A DNA stretch of 64,000 nt from Burkholderiales bacterium (GCA_035525455.1 DATLEF010000050.1:7108-71107), one strand, 5' to 3'; shown: positions 30,798 to 40,595, counted from the stretch's first letter. A program made the numbers and translations. Notes: generated from the letters alone by a model not told the origin.

Positions 30798-31832
30798 TCA
30801 GGCAATCAACAGCGCCGCACGACCGGTCACGAGACCTTTATCCAGCCGCTGGTGCACAGTTTCGGCTTCCGCGAGCCGCACTTTCTCGGGCACGATCGGC
30901 GAGAGCTCGCCGCGCGCCACGAGCTCCAGCGACTCCGCAACTTCTTCTCTCGTCGCATAGCGGCTGCCGAGAAGCTCGAGCTCCTTGCGCAGCATCTCTC
31001 CAGGGTTCGCAGTGAATTTTGCGCCGTGACCGCTCAGCATGACGAGGCGGCCGCCTTTGGCGAGCGCCGCAAAAGCGGCTTCCAGAGTCGACGTGCTGCA
31101 GACGAAGTCGATCGCGACGTCGAGACCTTTGCCGCCGGTCGCGTCTAGCAGCTGCTCGGTCAGCCTCCCGTCGGATGCGTCTATCGTCGTGTCCGCGCCC
31201 GCCTTCAGGCACGCTTCGAACTTGCTCGCCATGACGTCGACGCCGATGACTTTGCGCGCGTGCGCCCAGCGCGCGACTTGCAGCATGTGCACGCCGAGTC
31301 CGCCGCCGGCACCGAATACCGCAACCGTGTCGGTCGGCATGAGACGCGCCTTACGCGTGACTTTGAGAGGCGTCGCGATCGCATCGCACACGACGCCCGC
31401 TTCCGCGGGTTTTTCGCGCCAGTCGAGTGCGTTCGGAAATTTGATGAACGCGTGCGAGGGCAGCTTGATGTACTCGGCGTAGCCGCCATCGACTTCGCGT
31501 CCGACGTAGCCGCCGAAGTTCTCGCACAGGGTTTCGCGATTCGTTCGGCACCAGCGGCACGTTCCACACGTCAGGTAAAAGTACGCGGTGACACCGTCGC
31601 CGGGGTTCAGATTCTTGACGCCGGCGCCGACTGCGACGATCTCGCCGGCGATCTCGTGTCCGAGTATTCGCGGATAATCCACTTTGATGCGGCCGGCGCG
31701 CGCGTGATGCACGGTCAGGCCGGCGCCGCATGCCAGTACTTTCACCACGGCTTCCCCCGCGCCGGGCACGGGGTCCGGCACGTTTTCGAGTGCGAGCGGC
31801 GTGTTGGCCGCCTTGAGCACCATTGCTTTCAT
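30798..31832 (-). CDS. Zinc-dependent alcohol dehydrogenase family oxidoreductase
   Basis: 344-aa ORF with the zinc signature GHEIAGEIVAVG, a structural-zinc Cys cluster (CGTCRWC) and the Rossmann motif VFGAGGGLG. Confidence 0.9.
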   Translation of the reverse strand: MKAMVLKAANTPLALENVPDPVPGAGEAVVKVLACGAGLTVHHARAGRIKVDYPRILGHEIAGEIVAVGAGVKNLNPGDGVTAYFYLTCGTCRWCRTNRETLCENFGGYVGREVDGGYAEYIKLPSHAFIKFPNALDWREKPAEAGVVCDAIATPLKVTRKARLMPTDTVAVFGAGGGLGVHMLQVARWAHARKVIGVDVMASKFEACLKAGADTTIDASDGRLTEQLLDATGGKGLDVAIDFVCSTSTLEAAFAALAKGGRLVMLSGHGAKFTANPGEMLRKELELLGSRYATREEVAESLELVARGELSPIVPEKVRLAEAETVHQRLDKGLVTGRAALLIA

Positions 31833-31999
31833 CTTGTCTCCCCGGTTCGGAAAATATGTTACATCGGTTTATCATGCGCGGCCGGCACATTACTATCGCA
31901 ACGCGTGGCCTAATGCTGGGCTCGCCTCGCGAGCGCAGAATGTTGACCCGCATCGATCAAACGCCACGGACAATCACCTGAAACATTGCAGGAGGACGC

Positions 32000-32758
32000 A
32001 TGAGCACCCATGACAAAGTCGCGGTCGTAACTGGTGCCGGCACCGGCATCGGCAAGGCCACAGCGCTCGCATTCGTGAAAGACGGCTGGCGAGTCGCTTT
32101 CGTCGGACGGCGCAAGGAGCCTTTGGAGGAAGCGGTCAAGTCGGCCGGTGTGGCAAGCGGGCGGGCGATCGCGGTGCCGACCGACGTGGGCGACCCGAAA
32201 TCCGTGGAGGCGCTCTTCGCGCGCGTGAATGAAGCCTTTGGGCGCATCGATGTGCTTTTCAACAATGCCGGGCAGAACGCGCCGGGTGTCGCGTTCGAGG
32301 ATCTGCCATATGAGAAGTGGAAGTCGGTCATCGACACGAACTTCAGCGGCACGTTTTTGTGCGCGCAGGCCGCCTTTCGCATGATGAAAGACCAGAATCC
32401 ACAAGGCGGCCGCATCATCAACAACGGCTCGATCTCCGCCCACGCGCCGCGCCCGGACTCGATGCCCTATACCGCCTCGAAGCATGGCGTGAGCGGGATC
32501 ACCCGCACGATCGCGCTCGACGGCCGCAAATACGACATCGCGTGCTGCCAGATCGATATCGGCAATGCCATGACCGGGCTCGCCGCGCGCATGGCGAAAG
32601 GCGTGAAGCAGGCCGACGGCACGGTCAAAGCGGAGCCGATGATCGACGTCGACGATGTCGCGCGCTCGGTGCTGCACATGGCGAATCAGCCGCTCGAAGT
32701 CAATATCTATCACCTCATGATCATGGCGACGAAAATGCCTTACGCCGGGCGCGGCTAG
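32000..32758 (+). CDS. Short-chain dehydrogenase/reductase (SDR) family oxidoreductase
   Basis: 252-aa ORF with TGAGTGIGKA (TGxxxGxG), NNAG and the catalytic YTASK (YxxxK). GGAGGA lies 5 nt before the ATG. Confidence 0.92.
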   Translation: MSTHDKVAVVTGAGTGIGKATALAFVKDGWRVAFVGRRKEPLEEAVKSAGVASGRAIAVPTDVGDPKSVEALFARVNEAFGRIDVLFNNAGQNAPGVAFEDLPYEKWKSVIDTNFSGTFLCAQAAFRMMKDQNPQGGRIINNGSISAHAPRPDSMPYTASKHGVSGITRTIALDGRKYDIACCQIDIGNAMTGLAARMAKGVKQADGTVKAEPMIDVDDVARSVLHMANQPLEVNIYHLMIMATKMPYAGRG

Positions 32759-32886
32759 CGCGAAGGCCGCCTCCGTATCGAGCTGCCGCATCCCATCAGG
32801 AACCTGCAACCCGATGACATGCGCAGCCTTACATCGAAGTACGTCGAGCAGGTCGTGAGCCAGCTCATCGCATGGGGACTTATTGA

Positions 32887-33873
32887 ATGAAAGTATGTGT
32901 ATTCGGAATCGGCGCCGTCGGAGGCCACGTCGCAGCACGCATGGCCGCCGCGAAGTCGGCCGAAGTTTCGGTCGTCGCGCGCGGCGCGCCGCTCGATGCC
33001 ATCCGCAAAAACGGTCTCACGCTCAAGTCCGGTGCGGATGAAATCCGCGGGAAGCCTGCCGCAGCGACCGGCGACCCGGCAACGCTCCCGAAGCAGGATC
33101 TCGTAATCGTCACGTTGAAAGCACACGCCGTTCCGGGGATCGCCGCCACGGTCGAGAAGATGCTGGCGCCGAACGGTACCGCGCTCTTTCCGTTGAACGG
33201 GCTGCCGTGGTGGTTCAATCACGGACGCAGAGGTTCGCAAAGCGCGCCGCTCCCGCTCCTCGATCCGCAGGGCGAGCTGTGGACGCGGCTCCGGGAACGG
33301 ACGCTCGGGTGCGTCATTTATTCGCCCAACGAAGTGGTGAGCCCCGGCGTCGTCCTCCACATCGGCGGTAACCGCTGGGTGATCGGCGAGCCGAGCGATG
33401 AGAAGACGGCGCGAGTCGAGGCAGTAGTGGACGTCTTCAACAAGTCGGGAATGCCCGGTGAGGTTTCACCCGACATCCGGGCCGAAATGTTTCGCAAGCT
33501 CATGGGTAACGCAGCCGGCAATACGATCTCTGCGCTGACACGGCGCGGTCATTACGAGATGGCGTCGGATCCCGATCTGCGAGTCATCGCCGTAGGGATC
33601 ATGCGCGAGACACTCGAAGTCGCTGCGGCGCTCGGCTGGGACCTGCGCAAGGAAGTCGATCCGGAAAAAATCGCGGGCCGCGCAAGTCCCGGTCCGGCCT
33701 CGACGCCGTCGATGCTCCAGGACGTTCTCCTGAACCGGCCGGTCGAAGTCGAAGCGCATCTCGGACAGACGCAAGCATTCGCGCGCGAGAAAGGCGTGGC
33801 GACGCCGACGATCGACGTCATGCTGCCGCTGCTGCGCGCGCTGGACCGCAGTCTTCGCGCCGTTAGCCGGTAG
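32887..33873 (+). CDS. 2-dehydropantoate 2-reductase (PanE/ApbA) family protein
   Basis: 328-aa ORF with the N-terminal Rossmann motif MKVCVFGIGAVGG and ApbA-like length and blocks. The substrate is not determinable from sequence. Confidence 0.8.
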   Translation: MKVCVFGIGAVGGHVAARMAAAKSAEVSVVARGAPLDAIRKNGLTLKSGADEIRGKPAAATGDPATLPKQDLVIVTLKAHAVPGIAATVEKMLAPNGTALFPLNGLPWWFNHGRRGSQSAPLPLLDPQGELWTRLRERTLGCVIYSPNEVVSPGVVLHIGGNRWVIGEPSDEKTARVEAVVDVFNKSGMPGEVSPDIRAEMFRKLMGNAAGNTISALTRRGHYEMASDPDLRVIAVGIMRETLEVAAALGWDLRKEVDPEKIAGRASPGPASTPSMLQDVLLNRPVEVEAHLGQTQAFAREKGVATPTIDVMLPLLRALDRSLRAVSR

Positions 33874-34750
33874 AGCGGCGCGCGATCGCTTCGGCGATCG
33901 CCGCGTTGTCGAGCTCGCCCTCACCGTGGGCAACGCAATCTTCGAGCATGCGCGCATAGACCTCCGCGAACGGCAGGTCCTGTCCGTATTTGCGCGCCTG
34001 GTCGAGCATGAGCTTGAAATCCTTGAGACTCTGGTCGACTCGACTTTGCGGGTCTCGATATGCGCGCCGCGCCATCTGCTCGCCTTTGATATCCATCACT
34101 TGTGAATAAGCAGCCGAGCCACGCGCGACCTCGAGAAACGCCACCGGATCGATCGCCATGCGCGCTGCGAACACGAGGCCTTCAGCGAGCGCCGCGCGGT
34201 TGAGCCCGAGGACGAGATTCACGGCAAGCTTCGCACGTGAGCCGTTGCCGATCGCGCCGAGATAGTGTCGGCGCGGACAGATCGCCTCGAGCACTGGCGC
34301 AGCGCGCATAATTGTCGATTCGTCGCCGCCGGCGAGTCCCACACCGTCGCCGCGCGCAACCTGTCGGCTCGTGCCTGAGATCGGAAATTCCACCATACGT
34401 GCGCCTTCAGGCTCAACTCGCTGGGCAAGCGCAGCCAGCTGGTCCGGATCGCAAGTGCTCGTCACGACGAATATGCGCTCGCCTGTCCCGCCGCTGATCG
34501 CGTCGATCGCACCACCGGGTCCAGCGATCACGGCTTCGACCTGATCGGTGTTGAAAACGCACAGGACGTTCACCTCGCAACCCGCGATCACGACACTCGC
34601 AGTCGCCTCCGCTTTCGCCCCGGTGCTTTCAATGGCTACGCGCTTGTCCGCGTCGATGTCGTACGCGAGCACCTCGAAGCCGGCCGCGACCAGCCGCTGC
34701 GCGACTGCCGTCCCCATCAGCCCCGCCCCGATCACGCCAACTGGTGCCAT
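33863..34750 (-). CDS. NAD(P)-dependent oxidoreductase, 3-hydroxyisobutyrate / 6-phosphogluconate dehydrogenase-like
   Basis: 295-aa ORF with the Rossmann motif VGVIGAGLMGTAVAQRL and a HIBADH-type C-terminal helical domain. It overlaps the panE-like gene convergently by 11 nt. Confidence 0.85.
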   Translation of the reverse strand: MAPVGVIGAGLMGTAVAQRLVAAGFEVLAYDIDADKRVAIESTGAKAEATASVVIAGCEVNVLCVFNTDQVEAVIAGPGGAIDAISGGTGERIFVVTSTCDPDQLAALAQRVEPEGARMVEFPISGTSRQVARGDGVGLAGGDESTIMRAAPVLEAICPRRHYLGAIGNGSRAKLAVNLVLGLNRAALAEGLVFAARMAIDPVAFLEVARGSAAYSQVMDIKGEQMARRAYRDPQSRVDQSLKDFKLMLDQARKYGQDLPFAEVYARMLEDCVAHGEGELDNAAIAEAIARRSTG

Positions 34751-34861
34751 GAAGTTTTTTTACGCAATGTTGAACAGAGAAAATTAGGAAAAAAGATCAC
34801 GGGGGAAAACGCGTTCCGCCTTGTCCGTGTATCCGCGCAGGACGTTTGACAACTCGTCTTT

Positions 34862-34908
34862 AAGGAAGGGGAGGTTACGGAGGGAAACCATGGGTGTCCC
34901 TCTGTTCG
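34862..34908 (-). repeat. Intergenic hairpin repeat, copy C (inverted copy of 18241..18287)
   Basis: The reverse complement is cgaacagagggaCacccatggtttccctccgtaacctccccttcctt, 46/47 identical to copy A. It lies between the ettA stop and the start of the next gene. Confidence 0.85.
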
Positions 34909-34932
34909 TAATTGTGAAAAGGATACAAAGCC

Positions 34933-36603
34933 CTACATGAGCGCTTTGTACCGGATGCGGTGCGGCTTGTCGGCGTCGTCACCCAGACGCTTGCGCCGGT
35001 CGGCGAGATAGTCGGCGTAGTTGCCTTCGAACCACACCACCTCACTTTCGCCTTCGAACGCGAGCATGTGCGTCGCGACGCGATCGAGAAACCAGCGGTC
35101 GTGCGAAATCACGACGGCACAACCCGGGAAGTTGAGCAGCGCCTCCTCGAGAGCCCGCAGCGTCTCGACGTCGAGGTCGTTGGTCGGCTCGTCGAGCAGC
35201 AGCACGTTGCCGCCGCTTCTCAGCACTTTCGCAAGATGCAGCCGGTTCCGCTCGCCGCCCGAAAGCTGGCCGACGAGCTTCTGCTGGTCGGCGCCTTTGA
35301 AATTGAAGCGCGCCGCGTAGCCGCGGCTGGACGTGGTGTAGTTGCCGACCGTGATGTTCTCGAGCCCCTCGGAGATCTCTTCCCATGCGGTCTTCGATCC
35401 ATCGAGCTTGTCGCGGCTCTGGTCGACGTAGGCGATTTTCACGGTGTCGCCGATGCGTAGCTTCCCCGAATCGGGTTTTTCCTGTCCGACGATCATGCGA
35501 AAAAGCGTCGTCTTGCCGGCACCATTGGGACCCACGATGCCGACGATACCGCCGCGTGGAAGGCGAAAATCCAGGCCTTCGAAAAGCACCTTGTCGCCGA
35601 AGGATTTTCGCAGGCCCTCTGCCTGGATCACGAGGTCTCCCAGATGCGGCCCCGGCGGAATGTAGATTTCGCTCGTTTCGTTGCGTTCCTGGAACTCCTG
35701 GGATTCGAGCTCTTCGAATCGCGCGAGCCTCGCCTTGCTTTTCGCCTGCCGCGCCTTGGGATTCGAGCGCACCCACTCGAGCTCCTTCTGCATCGCCTTG
35801 ATGCGCGCGGTCTCCTGCTTGGCTTCGATCTCGAGACGCTGCTCTTTCTGCTCGAGCCATGACGAGTAATTGCCTTCCCACGGGATGCCGTATCCGCGGT
35901 CGAGCTCGAGTATCCAGCCCGCAACGTTGTCGAGGAAATAGCGATCGTGCGTGACGCCGATCACGGTGCCGGGATAGCGCTCGAGAAATTGTTCGAGCCA
36001 CTGCACCGACAGCGCGTCGAGATGATTGGTCGGCTCGTCGAGAAGCAGCATGTCGGGCTCGGAAAGAAGCAGGCGGCACAGCGCGACGCGGCGGCGCTCG
36101 CCGCCGGAGAGCGTCTTCACGTCGGTGTCCCACGGCGGCAGTCGCAGCGCATCGGCCGCGACTTCCAGCTTGCGCTCGATTTCCCACGCGCCCGCGGCGT
36201 CTATTTTCGCCTGCAGCTCCCCCTGCTCTTCGAGGAGCTTGTTCATTTCGTCGTCGTCCATCGGCTCGGCGAATTTGTCGCTGATCTCGTTGAAGCGCTT
36301 GATGAGCGCCATCATCTCGCCGACGCCTTCCTCGACGTTTCCGCGAACGTTCTTGTTCGGGTCGAGGTGCGGCTCCTGGGGCAGAAAGCCGACTCGCATG
36401 TTCGGCATCGGGATCGCCTCGCCTTCGAAGTCCTTGTCTTCTCCCGCCATGATGCGAAGGAGACTCGACTTACCCGCGCCATTCAGGCCCAGCACGCCGA
36501 TTTTTGCGCCCGGGAAAAAAGAGAGGGAAATGTCTTTCAGGATGACGCGCTTGGGGGGAACAACCTTCCCCACGCGCCGCATCGTGTATACGTACTGGGC
36601 CAT
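34933..36603 (-). CDS. ettA: Energy-dependent translational throttle protein EttA (ABC-F ATPase)
   Basis: 556-aa ORF with the N-terminus [19 protein letters not shown], two Walker A loops (GLNGAGKSS and GPNGAGKTT) and two signatures (LSGGERRR and LSGGERNR). It has no TM domain. Confidence 0.95.
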   Translation of the reverse strand: MAQYVYTMRRVGKVVPPKRVILKDISLSFFPGAKIGVLGLNGAGKSSLLRIMAGEDKDFEGEAIPMPNMRVGFLPQEPHLDPNKNVRGNVEEGVGEMMALIKRFNEISDKFAEPMDDDEMNKLLEEQGELQAKIDAAGAWEIERKLEVAADALRLPPWDTDVKTLSGGERRRVALCRLLLSEPDMLLLDEPTNHLDALSVQWLEQFLERYPGTVIGVTHDRYFLDNVAGWILELDRGYGIPWEGNYSSWLEQKEQRLEIEAKQETARIKAMQKELEWVRSNPKARQAKSKARLARFEELESQEFQERNETSEIYIPPGPHLGDLVIQAEGLRKSFGDKVLFEGLDFRLPRGGIVGIVGPNGAGKTTLFRMIVGQEKPDSGKLRIGDTVKIAYVDQSRDKLDGSKTAWEEISEGLENITVGNYTTSSRGYAARFNFKGADQQKLVGQLSGGERNRLHLAKVLRSGGNVLLLDEPTNDLDVETLRALEEALLNFPGCAVVISHDRWFLDRVATHMLAFEGESEVVWFEGNYADYLADRRKRLGDDADKPHRIRYKALM

Positions 36604-36699
36604 ATTACGGAACCGAAACCGAAAAGGCGCTCATCATAGCGGATTGTGCGAGGTGAGCTAACATTACCGCATGATCAGCGCCCGGCCCGGAGATCCAAC

Positions 36700-38715
36700 A
36701 TGCAGACCGCTTTACGCACATGCGCACTGCTCTTCCTGCTGGCGTGCACGCCGGTGAGCGCGCGCCTCGTCTCGATGTCCATACAGTCGGTCGAGCCGTT
36801 CGCGCCCGGCACGACTTTCGGGCAGACCGGCGCGTACGAGCGTGTCAGAGGCGTATTCCGCGGTGAGATCGATCTGGCGGATCCGCGCAACCGCATCATC
36901 GCCAACCTCGACAAAGCGCCCCGCAACGCCGCGGGCAGAGTCGAGTACGAAGCCGATTTCTTCATGCTGCGTCCCGCCGATCCCGCCAAAGGCAAGGGCA
37001 AAATCGTCTACGACGTCACCAACCGAGGCCGGCTGAGCTTCTTTCAGCGTTTTACCGATACACGCAGCCGCACCAACGATCCGCGCACCGCCGACGATGC
37101 GGGCAACGGGTTTCTCTTCGGCGATGGTTTTACGTTCGTGTGGAGCGGATGGGATCCCGACGCGCCCACGCGCGGCGGCGGGCTCTCGATGAAACCGATC
37201 GTCGCAACGAACGGCGGCGCCCCGATCGCTCACTCCATCCGCGAAGAGTTCGTGAGCGGCACGCGCGCCCGCGACGAAGGCGACGGCGGATCGCGAACCG
37301 AAGGCGCCGTGTTTCGCCTCACCTACGAAGCCGCAACGCTCGACACCCAGCAAGCCAAGCTCACCGTCCGGCGGAGCGAAGGCGCGCCGCGCCGCGAGAT
37401 TCCCGCGAGCGGCTGGGCGTTCGTGAACGAGCGTTCGATCCAGCTCCTGCCCGCGGGCACCGCGGCCGAAACAGGCTCCATTTACGAGCTGCATTACCGG
37501 GCAAAGAATCCGCGGGTCCTGGGTATCGGCATGGCGGCGACGCGCGACCTCGTGTCTTTCCTGCGCTACGGCAGTACCGACGTGAAAGGCTCGCCCAATC
37601 CCGCAGGGCCCGGAGTCAAGCGGGCGCTTGCAGTGGGCTCATCGCAAAGCGGGCGCTTCCTGCGCGATTTCGTGCGCGACGGCTTCAACCAGGACGAGGC
37701 CGCGCGTAAAGTATTCGACGGCGTCATGGCGCACACCGCCGGTGCGGGCGGCGTCTTTCTGAACGAAGAATTCGCGCAACCCAACCGCACGAGCACACAG
37801 CACGAGGATTACACCTTCCCCGAGAACACGTTCCCCTTCTCCACCGTGCGCATGCGCGATCCTGTGACGGGTAAGACCGCCGGGCTCTTCCGCAACGATG
37901 GCTTCGATCCGCTCTGGATCGAGACGAACACGCCGACCGAATTCTGGCAAAAAGGCGCATCGCTGCTCGTCACCGATCCGCTCGGCACTCAGGATGTCGA
38001 ATTGCCTCCGAACGCGCGTTCGTATCTCTTTTCCGGAACCCAGCACGGCGGAACGTCATGGATGACCTCGGGGCGGGGCTCGTGCGTGAACGAGCGCAAT
38101 ACGCACAGCCCAACGGCGCTCCAGCGTGCGCTGTTCGTCGCGCTCGACCAATGGGTCGATGGCAAGCTCCCGCCGCCCTCGCACATGCCGCGCATCAAGG
38201 ACGGCACGCTCGCAGCGGTCGCCAAGCTCGCATTTCCGGCGATACCCGGCGTGCAGGTGGCAAAACGGGTGAGCGAGATCGGCGTTATCAAAGACTGGAC
38301 GAAGCCCGAGATCGACATGTCGAAGCCGTACCGCGTGCTCGTGCCGCAGATCGACGCGGATGGGAACGACGTCGCGGGCGTTCGGGCCCCCGACATCGCC
38401 GTGCCGGTTGCGACGTATACCGGCTGGAACCTGTACCGCTCACCGTTTCCCGAGAATGTCCTGTGCGATCGCGATGGCACTTACTCGCCGTTCGCGCGCA
38501 CTCGTGCCGAGCGGGAAGCTCGAGGCGATCCACGGCCTTCGCTCGAGGAGCGCTATGGCAGCCATGAAAATTACGTGCGGCAGTACCAGGAGGCCGTGCA
38601 GCGCCTGGTGCGCGAGCGGCTTTTGCTGCCCGAAGATGCCGACCGTTACATGGCTCGTGTGAAGGGCACCGAGTTCGCGCAGCTATTCGATAAATCAGTC
38701 GTGGGTGCGCGATGA
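36700..38715 (+). CDS. Secreted hypothetical protein, alpha/beta-hydrolase-like
   Basis: Start at MQTALRTCALLFLLACTPVSA (signal peptide; GGAG 9 nt upstream) inside ORF 36646..38715. It has a nucleophile-elbow-like GSSQSG. From memory it resembles large proteins annotated as alpha/beta hydrolase domain-containing (unverified). Confidence 0.75.
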   Translation: MQTALRTCALLFLLACTPVSARLVSMSIQSVEPFAPGTTFGQTGAYERVRGVFRGEIDLADPRNRIIANLDKAPRNAAGRVEYEADFFMLRPADPAKGKGKIVYDVTNRGRLSFFQRFTDTRSRTNDPRTADDAGNGFLFGDGFTFVWSGWDPDAPTRGGGLSMKPIVATNGGAPIAHSIREEFVSGTRARDEGDGGSRTEGAVFRLTYEAATLDTQQAKLTVRRSEGAPRREIPASGWAFVNERSIQLLPAGTAAETGSIYELHYRAKNPRVLGIGMAATRDLVSFLRYGSTDVKGSPNPAGPGVKRALAVGSSQSGRFLRDFVRDGFNQDEAARKVFDGVMAHTAGAGGVFLNEEFAQPNRTSTQHEDYTFPENTFPFSTVRMRDPVTGKTAGLFRNDGFDPLWIETNTPTEFWQKGASLLVTDPLGTQDVELPPNARSYLFSGTQHGGTSWMTSGRGSCVNERNTHSPTALQRALFVALDQWVDGKLPPPSHMPRIKDGTLAAVAKLAFPAIPGVQVAKRVSEIGVIKDWTKPEIDMSKPYRVLVPQIDADGNDVAGVRAPDIAVPVATYTGWNLYRSPFPENVLCDRDGTYSPFARTRAEREARGDPRPSLEERYGSHENYVRQYQEAVQRLVRERLLLPEDADRYMARVKGTEFAQLFDKSVVGAR

Positions 38716-39800
38716 AGCTCGGTTACTTCACAATGCCGATACACCCCGCTGCGCGAAACTATACCCAGACGCTGAAAGAAGACCGCGAGGCCGTGCTGCT
38801 CGCAGACAAGCTGGGTTACGTCGAAGCGTTCATCGGCGAGCACACGACCGACATCTGCGAAACGATACCGTCGTGTCTCTCGTTCATCGCGAGCCTCGTC
38901 CACGACACGAAGCAGATTCGTCTCGGACCGGGCACGCTCAATCTGCCGAACAGCCATCCGGCGCAACTCGCGGCGCACGTGGCGATGATCGACCACATGC
39001 TCGAAGGCCGCTTCATCCTCGGCATAGGGCCGGGGGGGTTGCGCTCGGACTGGGAAGTTTTCGGCAACCTCGACGCGGACAGGAACGCCATGTTCGTCGA
39101 GTGCATCGACCACATGCTCGCGATCTGGGCGGGAGACGCGCCGTACGACATCGAAGGCAAGTTCTGGAACATCAGCACGAAGAGGACGTTGCTGCGCGAA
39201 GCCGGACAGGGAGTCTTTCTCAAGCTCTATCAGAAGCCGCTTCCGGAGATCGTCGTCACGGTGGTCGTTCCGGCCTCGCGCGGGCTCACCGCGGCGGCGT
39301 CGCGCGGCTGGCACCCGATCTCCGCCAATTTCATCCACCCGCACTGGGTTGCGACGCACTGGCCAGCCTACAAGGAAGGCTGCGAGCGCGGCGGTCATGC
39401 GATTCGCGGCGAGGATTGGCGTGTCGCGCGGAGCATTTTCGTCGCCGACGACGAGGCTACGGCGCGGCGTTATGCGCTCGACCCGAATGGTGCGTACGGG
39501 TTTTACTTCTGGAACCTGATGACCAAGCGCCGAGCGCGCGGCGCGCTCGACACGTTCAAACACGACCTCGCGATGTCGGATGCCGATTGCACTCTCGATT
39601 ACGTGCTGAATCACCTGCCGATTTACGGCACGCCTGAGAGTGTCGCGGAGCAGATCGTCTCATTGCGTCAGGCAGGCGGGCCGTTCGGTACGTTGCTGTA
39701 CGTGGGACACGACTGGGCAGATGCCGCCCTCGCCAGGCGCTCGATGGAGCTGATGGCGAACGAGGTCATGCCTCGGGTTAACCGATCGTTAGGAGAGTGA
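38712..39800 (+). CDS. LLM-class (luciferase-like) flavin-dependent oxidoreductase
   Basis: 362-aa ORF. MKLGYFTMP...LGYVEAFIGEHT is an N-terminus typical of luciferase-like monooxygenases. It has an ATGA overlap with the upstream gene. Confidence 0.85.
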   Translation: MKLGYFTMPIHPAARNYTQTLKEDREAVLLADKLGYVEAFIGEHTTDICETIPSCLSFIASLVHDTKQIRLGPGTLNLPNSHPAQLAAHVAMIDHMLEGRFILGIGPGGLRSDWEVFGNLDADRNAMFVECIDHMLAIWAGDAPYDIEGKFWNISTKRTLLREAGQGVFLKLYQKPLPEIVVTVVVPASRGLTAAASRGWHPISANFIHPHWVATHWPAYKEGCERGGHAIRGEDWRVARSIFVADDEATARRYALDPNGAYGFYFWNLMTKRRARGALDTFKHDLAMSDADCTLDYVLNHLPIYGTPESVAEQIVSLRQAGGPFGTLLYVGHDWADAALARRSMELMANEVMPRVNRSLGE

Positions 39801-39833
39801 GCGGCCGACCTCTGTCACTCCAAGAAAAGCGGC

Positions 39834-40004
39834 CTAATACGGCAGCCTCAACCGGGTAGCGCGCTGCAAGACGAGTTCTTCGTGAGCCGGAGCGCTGGAT
39901 AGTACCGGGCCGTCTACCTGTGGATCAGTGGACACCGGCGCGCCCGCGCACCCCTGCATCAGCAGCAGACCGTGCATTACACAGAGCAGCAGCAATCTGC
40001 CCAT
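39834..40004 (-). CDS. Small putative lipoprotein (56 aa)
   Basis: Own translation (not in the ORF track, below 60 aa): MGRLLLLCVMHGLLLMQGCAGAPVSTDPQVDGPVLSSAPAHEELVLQRATRLRLPY. It has a signal peptide with the lipobox LMQGC, and GGAAAGGA lies about 6 nt before the ATG. Confidence 0.45.
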   Translation of the reverse strand: MGRLLLLCVMHGLLLMQGCAGAPVSTDPQVDGPVLSSAPAHEELVLQRATRLRLPY

Positions 40005-40072
40005 GAAAATCCTTTCCCACCGATGGCGGTGGCGCGCACGACTTCGTGCGCGCCACCCGCGAATGGCAACAA

Positions 40073-40423
40073 CTACCGCGTGGCGCCTACGTTGCCGATG
40101 ATGGTGCCGCCGACCTGAATGTCGTTCTGGACCGTAACCACCCCTTTGGCAGCCTTCGCGATGCCTTCGGCGCGTTCAGCCTCTTCCTGGGTCGGGACGA
40201 TACCCGATAAGCGCACCCTGCCCTTGATAGACCGGACGTGGATATTCGCCGCGTTTGCCCGGTCCTCCTTGGCGAGCTCGGCCTTTATCCGCTTCTGCAC
40301 GGCCGCATCGCTGTATTCCCTGGATTCCGCGTTGGGCTTGGCCCGGCGATCCGCCGCATAGCTTGCGAGCGGCACGCACAGCAGTGCGAGCAATACATAC
40401 CGCAGAAATGTCGTAGTAGGCAT
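40073..40423 (-). CDS. Periplasmic single BON-domain protein
   Basis: 116 aa starting at MPTTTFLRYVLLALLCVPLASYA (signal peptide) inside ORF 40073..40786. It has a BON-like block IHVRSIKGRVRLSGIVPTQEEAERAEGIAKAAKGV. Confidence 0.8.
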   Translation of the reverse strand: MPTTTFLRYVLLALLCVPLASYAADRRAKPNAESREYSDAAVQKRIKAELAKEDRANAANIHVRSIKGRVRLSGIVPTQEEAERAEGIAKAAKGVVTVQNDIQVGGTIIGNVGATR

Positions 40424-40595
40424 CCGTTTCCTCCGCTTGAGCTGACCCCGAATCGGGTCTTTGACCGCACAGCGAAAAATGTGCCTACCAGCCTCGAAGG
40501 CCGCTGGCGATACCCGCAAACGGGTAGAATGGTGACTCTCGTTTCGCGAGCCTTTCCGGCCGCGGTTCCGTTCATCTCTCACCATTTTTTCTGCC

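Noticed and set aside
40468-40483. The palindrome CACAgcgaaaaaTGTG upstream of uvrA, considered as a possible LexA/SOS box
   Set aside because: The beta/gamma-proteobacterial SOS box is CTGT-N8-ACAG. This has the half-sites in the wrong polarity (CACA-N8-TGTG), so I do not call it a LexA site.
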